DNA of 42,237 nucleotides from Nitrospirota bacterium (GTDB taxonomy: Bacteria > Nitrospirota > 9FT-COMBO-42-15 > HDB-SIOI813), in NCBI GenBank assembly GCA_023248395.1, contig JAHFEQ010000005.1:1-42237 (forward strand). Direction: 5' to 3'. The notes beneath the pieces were generated by a model. That model worked only from the letters and a program-made list of their open reading frames with translations, did not search any database and had not been told where the DNA came from. Shown piece after piece: positions 18,364 to 27,896 of this stretch. Position 1 is the first letter of the stretch; each line of letters begins with the position of its first letter. Both the position numbers and the translations under genes were made by a program.

Positions 18364-20533
18364 CGAGTCGTATCTTTACACTCCACTCCCCGCCCTCGGT
18401 TAAGATAAATTTCCAATGGGGGATAAGCACTGAGCTCTGATATTCCCTTTCAAACCCACTTTCTGATTGTGAGATAGTCTCTACCGGATACCTCCAGAGG
18501 GTACAGCTCTTAGAGAAAGACAGACTTATGTTTGTAGAGATGACCTGATTCTTAATGCCGATGGAGGATACATCTTTGCTCTCTCCTCTGCTTCTCTGAC
18601 AAGAGTCTTCAAGTGAGCCCCCTTCAAGGTAATATTTGCAGAAATCGGAATTTCCATCCAGCATCGCGAAATTAAACTCGGGCCCAAACCAGAGATCAAT
18701 TGTGTCGCCCACTACATTTTTTACATTATAATTAAATTCCATATCAGGGCTTCCACTCACTATCTTTATCTCCTTTGTAATACAGATCCTGTTACTATAA
18801 ACAAGACCTTCACCCTGTAAGATGATAGCCTTCCCATTCCTTAAATCCTTTATAACGGAGACGTAGGGTATGAAGGGAAATCTTCCAAGGTCTTCATATC
18901 TATTTTGTATGACAGAGTCTAATGTAGTACTGTTGCCAAATATATGATCTATTAGCATTCCCTTTCGATATGAATCGTAGTGCAGATAGAGATGCAAATC
19001 GGTCTCTTTGGATCGGGTGATGTCATGAATAGAGTGTGGGGCCTCGCCACTCTGGCCTCTATTATTGTTAGCAAGGACTCTCTTATGGTAGACCTCTGGC
19101 CTTCTGGCAAGGGTATTGAGAAGGTTGTAGGAAGAGGGTCTATAATCCAGTTCTGTTAGCATGCCCCCTTTATGGGTATCCACAACGAAAGATATCTCTG
19201 GCATGGTTACCACTAACTCCTCACTTCCATCACAATCAAAGTCAAAGGCCTCTACTTCAAGCCAGCCCTCTTTGCCAAGCGTTACCTCATCCGCTATCCG
19301 TTCTGCCTTTATAAGGTGCTTATAGACTGCTGCCCTGAGATGTCCCAAGTAGAGTCCCCCAAATATCCCATGCCAATAGGGACAGTTGACCTGCCCACGC
19401 CATAATTCTAAATGGGCTTCATAGATATTCGGGGCAAGACCCTCCCCCTTCCTCGCAACACTTCTTCCTATATGTGCCGGACTTAAGGCCTGGTTATTAC
19501 CCTCTGCAAGTTTTGATACCTTATTGCTTACACGAAGCATCTTCTTATGCATATGATTTGCCTCTGGATATTTTTCAAGGAAATTCCTCCAGAACCCGCC
19601 GCGCAAAAAGGGGACATAAAATCTCTCCTTACCACTTGCCTGTACTTCATTTAAAACCTCTTCAAAAAGATTGCCGCTTTCAGCAGGCAGAGACCATTCC
19701 ATCATCTCTCTATAAGAGGCAGTTGGTACATATACCCTCCCATGGGCACGAATATTTTTATAAATACCGCTTAGGGTAGTTATGTTGATCCAGGAAGATT
19801 CACGGATTAAGGTATCAAGGAATCTCTCAAGCCATCTCTGATTATAGACCCAATTATATGTTTCGGGCCAAAGACCAAACTTTTCTCCATCATCCCCATA
19901 AACCAACACACGATCCCCTTCCTCTGTAGCAAGACTTCGCAAACATTCTATCGTTTCATGAGGTTCTCTAAAGGGGATTGAGTATCGGAGTCTTTCGCTG
20001 GAAGGGAATAAATAGACCACCTTCCCTTCGTCTTCTGTAGAATAGTAACCGTAAAGTTGATGTTCCTGCAGGCCGGCATAACGGAGATGTGTGTCGTCAA
20101 CTATCAGATACCTAACCCCGGCGTCATTCAGGACACTCGGTAGCTGTGGTTCCCATATCCGTTCGGTAAGCCACATCCCTTCAGCCTCTGTATGAAATTT
20201 CTCCCTTATATATTCCGTCAACATACTGATCTGTCCTATACAATCCCTTCGGGGTATCACACATAAGATGGGTTCATAAAACCCTCCGGTCATCATCTCT
20301 ACCTGGCCTTTTGCTACCAGTTCGGCAATCCTTTTCAATAGATCTGGCTTGTTGGCCTCAATCCATTCAAGAAGGCTTCCGGAGTAGTGGAGGGATACCT
20401 TCATTTCCGGATATCTCTCCAGGACGTCTATAAACGGGCTATAGCTTTTCTCATAGGCCTCCTTAAATACATGATCAAAATTGTCCACCGGCTGATGAAA
20501 ATGTAAGGCCATGGCGAAGTTAATCTTTTTCAT
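18347..20533 (-). CDS. GH57 alpha-amylase/4-alpha-glucanotransferase
   Basis: HFHQP, GGFYEPIL, WLTERIWEP, GDDGEKFG, YWHGIFGGLY; C-terminal ETISQSESGFEREYQ. Confidence 0.93.
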   Translation of the reverse strand: MKKINFAMALHFHQPVDNFDHVFKEAYEKSYSPFIDVLERYPEMKVSLHYSGSLLEWIEANKPDLLKRIAELVAKGQVEMMTGGFYEPILCVIPRRDCIGQISMLTEYIREKFHTEAEGMWLTERIWEPQLPSVLNDAGVRYLIVDDTHLRYAGLQEHQLYGYYSTEDEGKVVYLFPSSERLRYSIPFREPHETIECLRSLATEEGDRVLVYGDDGEKFGLWPETYNWVYNQRWLERFLDTLIRESSWINITTLSGIYKNIRAHGRVYVPTASYREMMEWSLPAESGNLFEEVLNEVQASGKERFYVPFLRGGFWRNFLEKYPEANHMHKKMLRVSNKVSKLAEGNNQALSPAHIGRSVARKGEGLAPNIYEAHLELWRGQVNCPYWHGIFGGLYLGHLRAAVYKHLIKAERIADEVTLGKEGWLEVEAFDFDCDGSEELVVTMPEISFVVDTHKGGMLTELDYRPSSYNLLNTLARRPEVYHKRVLANNNRGQSGEAPHSIHDITRSKETDLHLYLHYDSYRKGMLIDHIFGNSTTLDSVIQNRYEDLGRFPFIPYVSVIKDLRNGKAIILQGEGLVYSNRICITKEIKIVSGSPDMEFNYNVKNVVGDTIDLWFGPEFNFAMLDGNSDFCKYYLEGGSLEDSCQRSRGESKDVSSIGIKNQVISTNISLSFSKSCTLWRYPVETISQSESGFEREYQSSVLIPHWKFILTEGGEWSVKIRLVMQRI

Positions 20534-20543
20534 GTCTATTCAC

Positions 20544-20819
20544 TTATCTCCTAACCTCAAATATCATAAATTCACCTTTATATGACTCAATATGTATTTC
20601 TACAGATTTAACGACTGCCCGTGGAGGACCTGCATGGCACCATTGGACCAGACTATCGATATCTTTCTTTTCACCTTCTGCAACCACCTCTACACGGCCA
20701 TCCGGAAGATTTGTAACATATCCAGTAAGCCCCCTGGCTTGCGCCACCTCTCTGGTTGAATCTCTGAAAAATACACCCTGAACTATGCCGCTTATGTGAA
20801 GATGAAGCCGTGTTTTCAT
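20544..20819 (-). CDS. acyP: Acylphosphatase
   Basis: GIVQGVFFR, GYVTNLPDGRVE, GPPRA. Confidence 0.93.
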   Translation of the reverse strand: MKTRLHLHISGIVQGVFFRDSTREVAQARGLTGYVTNLPDGRVEVVAEGEKKDIDSLVQWCHAGPPRAVVKSVEIHIESYKGEFMIFEVRR

Positions 20820-21844
20820 CCAAAGAAGGTCTCTGCTATCTCATAGATATCCATGTCTATTGTCTTTGACCGTTTTATTCCCTCCTCAAGGCTGACCGCC
20901 ACGATCTGATTTCCCCTGAGGGCAACCATCTTCCCAAAGTCCCTTTTCTGGATGAGGTCAACGGCTGCAATCCCATAACGGGTGGCGAGTATTCTGTCAA
21001 AAGCGGTAGGACTCCCTCCGCGTTGAAGATGTCCTAATACCACATCCCTGCACTCAAACCCCGTCTTCTTCTCTATCGTTTCACATAAGAATTTGCCGAT
21101 GCCCCCAAGCTGGACGTGTCCAAAGGCATCTGTCTTCGTATCCCTTGTGATCATCTTTTCCGCCTCTGCTAAGACAGCGCCTTCTGCCACAACGATGATA
21201 CTAAATGTCTTACCAACGCTATGCCTCCTCTTTATGCTATCGCAGACCTCCTCGATTGTGAAAGGTTTCTCCGGGATAAGGATATAGTCTGCACCACCTG
21301 CAAGGCCGCCATAGGTCGCAATCCATCCTGCATGTCTTCCCATAACCTCCACTACAAGGACTCTATGGTGTGATTCTGCCGTGCTGTGGAGGTTATCGAG
21401 GGCATTCATCACAATATTGACCGCAGAGTCAAAGCCAAATGTAAAATCGGTGGCTGAGAGGTCGTTATCTATTGTCTTGGGTATCCCTATGGTATTAACC
21501 CCCATACCGTATAATTTATAGGCGACACCGAGGGTGTCATCTCCCCCAATGGCTACCAGGACATCGATCTCCAGTTGTTTTATATTCTCTATAGCCTTCT
21601 GTGGTCCATCTGCTGTTGCAAAGGGGTTTGTCCTGGATGTGCCGAGTATCGTGCCGCCTAAGTGAAGTATTCCTGAGGCCTTCTCTGAATCCAGGGTTTC
21701 ATAATTGAGATTCAGTAGCCCCTTCCATCCATCCCGGATGCCTACGACCTGATACCCCAATTTTAGTGATCTTTTCACCACAGCCCTGATAGCAGGGTTA
21801 AGCCCGGGGCAATCACCACCACCTGTGAGTATGCCGATCTTCAC
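20816..21844 (-). CDS. pfkA: 6-phosphofructokinase (PfkA family, group III-like; PPi-type signature)
   Basis: TGGGDCPG, GGTILGTSR, GGDDT, PKTIDND, MGRHAG, LGHLQRGG. Confidence 0.93.
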   Translation of the reverse strand: MKIGILTGGGDCPGLNPAIRAVVKRSLKLGYQVVGIRDGWKGLLNLNYETLDSEKASGILHLGGTILGTSRTNPFATADGPQKAIENIKQLEIDVLVAIGGDDTLGVAYKLYGMGVNTIGIPKTIDNDLSATDFTFGFDSAVNIVMNALDNLHSTAESHHRVLVVEVMGRHAGWIATYGGLAGGADYILIPEKPFTIEEVCDSIKRRHSVGKTFSIIVVAEGAVLAEAEKMITRDTKTDAFGHVQLGGIGKFLCETIEKKTGFECRDVVLGHLQRGGSPTAFDRILATRYGIAAVDLIQKRDFGKMVALRGNQIVAVSLEEGIKRSKTIDMDIYEIAETFFG

Positions 21845-21868
21845 CGATATAATCCTCCTTTTGATTTT

Positions 21869-23365
21869 TTATCTTTGCTCTTTAATTTTCCCCCGTACCT
21901 TCTTATATAGCTTTACATATTCCCCTGCGGAACGCTTCCATGAGAAGTCGGATTTCATGCCACTCGTGATTAATCTCTTCCACCGGGCCTTGTCTCCATA
22001 AACAGAGAGCGCAAGGAGGATTGCCTTTAATAAATCCTCTGCGCTGTAATGGTTGAATAGAAAACCTGTAGTCCTGTCCATAGCTATATTGGAGGGGGTA
22101 TAATCTATTATTGTATCCGCAAGCCCCCCGGTCTTATGGGCTACAGGCACAGTGCCATATCTGAAGCTGTAGAGTTGGTTCAGACCACATGGCTCGTATT
22201 TAGAGGGGAGGAGGAAGATATCAGCCCCCGCCTCTATCTTGCGTGCCAGGGTATCATCAAAAAATAGATTAACAGATATCTTCGTTGGGTATTTTGTTGC
22301 AAACCTCTTTAAGATATCCTGGTATTTGGGCCTGCCTGTGCCCAGTATAACCATCTGAATCTCTAACTGCATGAGTTCATCCATGATCTTTATCAGGATG
22401 TCAAAACCTTTCTGGTCGTCTAATCTCGATACAATACCTATGATTGGGACATCTTTTATTGTTAATCCACAGTTTTTCTGGAGGTCTCTCTTGCATATCT
22501 TTTTCCGGGAGGTCGACTTGAGACTGTACCGTGCAGCAATATGTTTATCGATCGAAGGGTCCCACTCCTTATAATCAACCCCATTCAGGATACCGTAGAG
22601 GTCACCTCTCCTTGCCTGAAGCACCCCATGAAGTCCATGACCCAACTCTTCTGTCTGTATCTCTTGACTGTAGGTAGGACTGACTGTATTGACAATATCA
22701 GAGAAGAGGATACCCCCTTTGAGGAGGTTTATTTTTCCGTAGAATTCAAGCCCATTCATATTGAATACAGTCCATCTAAGGCCAGTAAGGGGGAATTTAT
22801 CTCCCATAAATAGCCCCTGATAACCTAAGTTGTGGATAGTAAAGAGGGTGCCACAACTTTTGTAAAAATCTATTAGATCTTTGTCCTCTTTTACCATCGC
22901 TTTTAAGTACACTGGAATAAGCGATGTCTGCCAATCATTACAGTGGATGATGTCAGGCTTCCAACCCAACTTTTTGATCGTGTAGAGTACAGCCATGGAA
23001 AAGAAGGTGAATCGTTCAAGATTGTCCGCATAATCATTTCCATCTTCCTGGTAGAGTCCTTTCCTGTTAAAATATTTATCATGGGATACGAAGTAGACAG
23101 GGACGCTGGTATTGGGTAACCGGCTTTCATAAAGCCCGCCTTCTTCACTCCGCTCCCCTATTCTTATTGGGAGTGATTCTACGATCTTTCCCAATTTGTC
23201 GGACGTATCTGACGGTCTCGCATATCCCGGTGTAATAACCCTGATGTCGCAACCGATTTCTTTGAGGGCCCTGGGCAGGCCGCTTGACACATCTCCTAAC
23301 CCTCCTGTCTTAGAAAAGGGGGTTACTTCAGACGAGCAGTATAGTATATTTAGCCTCTTAGTCAT
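21869..23365 (-). CDS. glgA: Glycogen synthase
   Basis: KTGGLGDV, HCNDWQ, TIHNLGYQG, NTVSPTY, PSKYEPCGLNQL, TGGLADT. Confidence 0.96.
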   Translation of the reverse strand: MTKRLNILYCSSEVTPFSKTGGLGDVSSGLPRALKEIGCDIRVITPGYARPSDTSDKLGKIVESLPIRIGERSEEGGLYESRLPNTSVPVYFVSHDKYFNRKGLYQEDGNDYADNLERFTFFSMAVLYTIKKLGWKPDIIHCNDWQTSLIPVYLKAMVKEDKDLIDFYKSCGTLFTIHNLGYQGLFMGDKFPLTGLRWTVFNMNGLEFYGKINLLKGGILFSDIVNTVSPTYSQEIQTEELGHGLHGVLQARRGDLYGILNGVDYKEWDPSIDKHIAARYSLKSTSRKKICKRDLQKNCGLTIKDVPIIGIVSRLDDQKGFDILIKIMDELMQLEIQMVILGTGRPKYQDILKRFATKYPTKISVNLFFDDTLARKIEAGADIFLLPSKYEPCGLNQLYSFRYGTVPVAHKTGGLADTIIDYTPSNIAMDRTTGFLFNHYSAEDLLKAILLALSVYGDKARWKRLITSGMKSDFSWKRSAGEYVKLYKKVRGKIKEQR

Positions 23366-23370
23366 CGTGT

Positions 23371-24498
23371 TTAAGCCCTGCCCAGATCCGTTTTTAACTT
23401 TAACATCTGCATGATATTACGCTGGCTGATGATACCCATAACCTTTTCATCCTTCATGACCACAAGGCGGCCATGCTGACTTTCTACCATCCTTTCTAAT
23501 GCCTCGAGTACGCCACTCTCAGGTGAAATAGCAAAAGCGGACAGGTCAGGACACATTATATCTTTAACCAATGTATAAGGCCACATCTCTTTTTTGACCT
23601 CCTTGATATCATGGATAGATATGATACCGACGAGGGTATTATGAGATACTACAGGGAAGCTATTAAACCGATAGTGGAAGAAAAAATCATTCACGATCCT
23701 GTCAAGGGTTATATCACCATCAACAACAATTGCAGGTGCTGTCATCACATCCCGGACCTTTACAGAGGATAAGGTGCGATGGAGCAGCGTCTGCCTGTAC
23801 CCCTCCTCTGCCGCCTGCTGCAGGAATATCCCTATAAAAATTAACCATAACCCATTGATAAAGGTCCCCTGGAAGATATCCCAGAATCCACTGATAATCA
23901 GAAATAAGGCGAATCCTTTGCCGATACGGCTCGTAATAAGTGTTGCCTTACTGAGATTCCCGGTCCTTTCCCAGATAATAGCCCGGAGTATTCTTCCGCC
24001 ATCCAGGGGGAAACCAGGAATGAGATTAAATAATGCCAGGAACAGGTTTGTAATGGTCAGGAAATATGAGATCGTCGGTACAGAGGAAGCGTTCATCCAC
24101 ATTTTGGAAAAGTAGTTGATACCCCAGAATGTTCCTGAAATGAGCAGACTTAATACAGGTCCTGCTGCAGCGATCTTCATCTCGCCTCTGGGGCTCCGGG
24201 ATTCGCCGATCATGTGTGCAATACCGCCGAATACGAAGAGGGTGATGCTCTTGATCCTGATCCCCTGACGCTGGGCAACATAGGAGTGTGCAAGCTCATG
24301 CATGAGTATTGAGGTGAAAAGGATAAACGCAGTGACAAAGGCCATAGTCCATTGGGTTAAAGGCCTGTAGTCTGGCCCCATCTGCGGGAAATAACCCATC
24401 GCAAGTGTCCAGACAACGAGGGAGAATACAATAAACCAGGTGTAGTTAATATAGATGGGTATCCCGAATACAGTGAGTAGTTTAAAACCGTTAGGCAT
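23371..24498 (-). CDS. Site-2 protease (M50) with two CBS domains; start placed at MPNG
   Basis: HELAH, AAAGP, FNLIPGFPLDGGR, C-terminal CBS pair. Confidence 0.92.
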   Translation of the reverse strand: MPNGFKLLTVFGIPIYINYTWFIVFSLVVWTLAMGYFPQMGPDYRPLTQWTMAFVTAFILFTSILMHELAHSYVAQRQGIRIKSITLFVFGGIAHMIGESRSPRGEMKIAAAGPVLSLLISGTFWGINYFSKMWMNASSVPTISYFLTITNLFLALFNLIPGFPLDGGRILRAIIWERTGNLSKATLITSRIGKGFALFLIISGFWDIFQGTFINGLWLIFIGIFLQQAAEEGYRQTLLHRTLSSVKVRDVMTAPAIVVDGDITLDRIVNDFFFHYRFNSFPVVSHNTLVGIISIHDIKEVKKEMWPYTLVKDIMCPDLSAFAISPESGVLEALERMVESQHGRLVVMKDEKVMGIISQRNIMQMLKLKTDLGRA

Positions 24499-24505
24499 CT
24501 TAATG

Positions 24506-25675
24506 TTAGCTGAAGAGTTGCACAAGACTTCTTTTAATAGCCGTCTTCATTAAAGAGCCAGCATTCGCCTTAAGCTCTTTTAAAAAGAGTGTATACCTGC
24601 TATCACCCCTGAGGACATTGTAGTATTTTTCTGCGAGTTCCGGCCTCTCAAAGAGGAGATTATACCACATCATTGGAAAGGTGTATATCACGTAAGAGAT
24701 CTTTTGGGCGGCCTGAAATTCTGTATATAATTCAGTTCCAATGAGTGCATCATATCTGGACAGATCAGAACTCCCTTTGTTTATCGCCTCAGAGATTACG
24801 GTGGATGCGATCTGGGCACTCCTCATCGCATAGTAGATCCCTTCGCCAAAAAAGGGGTCTACAAGATTTCCTGCATCACCCACAAGCATAATGCCATCCT
24901 TTGTAAGATGTTGAGGATTTCTGAATAATGGGAGGGGGTACCCTTGATGCTTATATCCTTCAATTCTGCTGATCGTATCCTGTCTCTTTATAAACGTATC
25001 AAAGTACCCCTTGGGCTGTTTAACAATCCCTCGAAATCCTGCGATACCTGCAGATAGGCACCCTTTCTTGGGGAAGGCCCATGCGTATCCATAGGGGATG
25101 GCGCCAAAGTCGATATGGATGTAATGATTATGCCTGTCAGCTGCATGCGGGTCTACAGGTATCTCTGCCTCGATAGAGGCTGCTACAGCTCGCATTTTCT
25201 GCGGGTGTGTGAATCTTCTGATAACGCCATTAGCACCATCTGCCCCTATGACATATTTGCAGTTAAAGACCTTATCTTCCGTAAATACATCATAGCCCCC
25301 TTTAGCATGAGAAATACCCTTTACCCGGCTCCCATCCAAAAAAGTTGCCCCGGCCCCTGATGCCTCCGATGCCAGGAGAGAGTCAAATCTATCCCGCATA
25401 ACCATGTAGGCTATCGGTCTGTCAGAGAGGAGGCAGAGCCCCTCCTTCTGTTGATAGCTAAAGTATACCCCCCTAACAGTCGCCTCTATAACCTCTTTTA
25501 TACTAAACTTGAGGACCCGGTCTATTTTCAGGGAGAGACCGCCGCCGCATGGTTTATACCGGGGGAACTTCTCCTTTTCGAGGATAAGCGCATTTAGCCC
25601 TGCCTTTGCAAGTTCGTAAGCTGCTGTAGTACCCGCAGGACCAGCACCTACAACGATGACATCATAGGATGGCAA
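24506..25675 (-). CDS. Geranylgeranyl reductase-family flavoprotein
   Basis: VGAGPAG, PRYKPCGGG, RDRFD, GADGANG, GYAWAFPK, GDAG..DPFFGEGI. Confidence 0.9.
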   Translation of the reverse strand: MPSYDVIVVGAGPAGTTAAYELAKAGLNALILEKEKFPRYKPCGGGLSLKIDRVLKFSIKEVIEATVRGVYFSYQQKEGLCLLSDRPIAYMVMRDRFDSLLASEASGAGATFLDGSRVKGISHAKGGYDVFTEDKVFNCKYVIGADGANGVIRRFTHPQKMRAVAASIEAEIPVDPHAADRHNHYIHIDFGAIPYGYAWAFPKKGCLSAGIAGFRGIVKQPKGYFDTFIKRQDTISRIEGYKHQGYPLPLFRNPQHLTKDGIMLVGDAGNLVDPFFGEGIYYAMRSAQIASTVISEAINKGSSDLSRYDALIGTELYTEFQAAQKISYVIYTFPMMWYNLLFERPELAEKYYNVLRGDSRYTLFLKELKANAGSLMKTAIKRSLVQLFS

Positions 25676-25685
25676 GATTTCTCCT

Positions 25686-26426
25686 CTACAGTTCTATGCT
25701 CCAACCTATGCCATGCTGCTGAAACCATGCTGTGAGGAGGGTGAAAGAGTTGGTAAATATCATCACCCCGATGATGATAAGGAAGGAGCCACTGGTGATG
25801 GTGATCCACCTCATATACTTTGTAATAACCTTAAAGGTGGATATGAATGAATTAATGGCGAGGGAGGAGATAAAGAGGGGGAGACCGAGTCCAAGCGAAT
25901 ATACAGCCAGAAGTCCCATCCCCTTAGCCACGGACCCTGTCGTACTGGCATAGAGGAGTATTGAACCTAATATCGGTCCCACGCATGGCGTCCATCCGGC
26001 GGCAAATGCCATCCCGACGACAAAAGACCCGAAATAACCCGCAGGCTTATGTTCTATATGTATTTTCTTCTCCGAAGTTAAAAAGTCAAGTTTAAGTACC
26101 CCCATGATATAAAGACCAAACAGGACGATCAGGACTCCTCCCACCTTTTGGACAATATCCTGGTAGGTCAATAAGATCTTTCCTATGTAAGTTGCTGACC
26201 CGCCGAAGAGGACAAAGACGGTTGTAAATCCGGCAATAAAGGTGAGCGAATTGGTGATCGTGATGAACCGGACCCTCGCCCGGTCTTTGCTTGAGGTAAT
26301 ATCCTCGAAGGTCAGCCCCGTGATATAGGTCACAAACGAGGGAACTAGCGGGAGCACACAGGGTGAGACAAAGGATAGAAGTCCGGCAGAAAAGGCTACA
26401 AATACAGAAAGGTGACCCGCTTCCAT
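25686..26426 (-). CDS. ccdA: Cytochrome c biogenesis protein CcdA
   Basis: SPCVLPLVP and WTPCVGPILG motifs, 6 TM. Confidence 0.93.
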   Translation of the reverse strand: MEAGHLSVFVAFSAGLLSFVSPCVLPLVPSFVTYITGLTFEDITSSKDRARVRFITITNSLTFIAGFTTVFVLFGGSATYIGKILLTYQDIVQKVGGVLIVLFGLYIMGVLKLDFLTSEKKIHIEHKPAGYFGSFVVGMAFAAGWTPCVGPILGSILLYASTTGSVAKGMGLLAVYSLGLGLPLFISSLAINSFISTFKVITKYMRWITITSGSFLIIIGVMIFTNSFTLLTAWFQQHGIGWSIEL

Positions 26427-26427
26427 C

Positions 26428-27027
26428 CTAACCTCCTTTTGTTTCAGTCTCCGGTTTGATATTAAGCAGCTTAAAAATAGTCTGAACTGCTGCTATGGTT
26501 TCCCAATTTCTCGGTCCGATCACTTTCTCAGCGAGCTTTCCTTCCTGATCGATGATATAAGTCTCCGGAACGCCTGTCAGCTTATACTTACCATCCGTCT
26601 TACCCCAGGGGTCGAGAAGGATCGGAAACTTAAGACCCAGGCTGGAAACAAAAGGGCCTATCTCCTTTTGGGTGGTCACCCTGTCCATGCTTATAGCCAG
26701 CATTTCAAAGGGTACGTTCTTTTCTTTTAGATAGGTATAAAGGATCTGCATAGAGGGCATCTCATCTTTACAGCTCTTGCACCATGTGGCCCAGAAGTTT
26801 ATAAACACCACCTTGCCTTTCAGGGAAGAGAGGATATACTCCTTACCATTCATATCCTTGAGTGTAAAGTCAGGGACGTATGCGCCTGCGACTACCGGTT
26901 CATATTTGCTGCTCTTCATCCATACCATCCCAATGATTCCTGCCAGGATGACGACAGCAATAATAAGGGCACTGAATTTGCCGCTGCTCTTGGCCCTTTT
27001 CTCTTCGTCTATAACAAACTCAGCCAC
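26428..27027 (-). CDS. resA: ResA/TlpA-like thiol-disulfide oxidoreductase
   Basis: NFWATWCKSC, GVPETY; located within the ccs cluster. Confidence 0.85.
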   Translation of the reverse strand: MAEFVIDEEKRAKSSGKFSALIIAVVILAGIIGMVWMKSSKYEPVVAGAYVPDFTLKDMNGKEYILSSLKGKVVFINFWATWCKSCKDEMPSMQILYTYLKEKNVPFEMLAISMDRVTTQKEIGPFVSSLGLKFPILLDPWGKTDGKYKLTGVPETYIIDQEGKLAEKVIGPRNWETIAAVQTIFKLLNIKPETETKGG

Positions 27028-27044
27028 CTCAAGACCTCATCCTG

Positions 27045-27878
27045 TTACGCATAGGCATGCAGTCCCGGGAGTACAAAGCTTACCCCCCAGTAGAGGAATA
27101 CAACTGCAATAAATCCAATGATAGAAAAATAGGCGGTCTTTCTGCCCCGCCATCCACGTACAAGCCTTCCATGGAAGTAGCCTGCATAGATAAACCATAC
27201 AATCAGTGACCATGTCTCCTTCGGATCCCAGCTCCAGTATCCTCCCCAGGCATAGTTGGCCCATATGGCACCGAGTATGATACCGAGGGTTACAAATGGA
27301 AATCCTATGGCAATAAACTTATAATTCAGGTCGTCAAGAAGTTCTGAGCTGGGAAACCTGTCAAAAAAAGAAGGTTTACCTCTCTGCTCTGAACGTTCTT
27401 TGAGTAGATACATGATGCCGATACCGAAGGCTATTGCAAAACCTGCATAGCCGACAAATGTTGTGATGACATGGAGGATTAGCCAGTTACTCTGTAAGGC
27501 CGGTATCAGTGGCTCTATAGCCTGATATCGGTATGGTAACATGGCTGCCGCTCCAATTGCAAGGAATGCGAGAGTGACAATAACAGCCCCCACAATCCTC
27601 AACCTGCTGGAATACTTCAGTTCTATGGCGATATAACCCATAATCACTAACCAGGAGAGGAGAACCATTGTCTCGTATAGATTTGCATAGGGGGCCCTTC
27701 CTGTTTCTATGGTTCTGACAACAAGTGCCGCTGTATTAACCAGCCAGCCCAGAACTGTCAGTGCAAATGCTAAATGACCTATCCAGTCTTTCTTCAGTGC
27801 CATGTAAACGATATAACAGCAGGATGCTATCAGGTAGACCCATAATAGGATATCAGAGAGAAAAAAAGAGTTGAACAT
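27045..27878 (-). CDS. ccsA: System II cytochrome c synthase CcsA/ResC
   Basis: WWD domain WGGYWSWDPKETW, LQSNWLILHV, C-terminal GLHAY. Confidence 0.95.
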   Translation of the reverse strand: MFNSFFLSDILLWVYLIASCCYIVYMALKKDWIGHLAFALTVLGWLVNTAALVVRTIETGRAPYANLYETMVLLSWLVIMGYIAIELKYSSRLRIVGAVIVTLAFLAIGAAAMLPYRYQAIEPLIPALQSNWLILHVITTFVGYAGFAIAFGIGIMYLLKERSEQRGKPSFFDRFPSSELLDDLNYKFIAIGFPFVTLGIILGAIWANYAWGGYWSWDPKETWSLIVWFIYAGYFHGRLVRGWRGRKTAYFSIIGFIAVVFLYWGVSFVLPGLHAYA

Positions 27879-27896
27879 AAGTTGTTTCCTCCTGTC

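Noticed and set aside
19430-19500. Apparent peptide insertion in GH57 (NNQALSPAHIGRSVARKGEGLAP) as another repeat
   Set aside because: No clear inverted repeat; cannot be supported without alignment
23197-23214. Short hairpin GTCGGA..TCTGAC in glgA
   Set aside because: Too short to distinguish from chance
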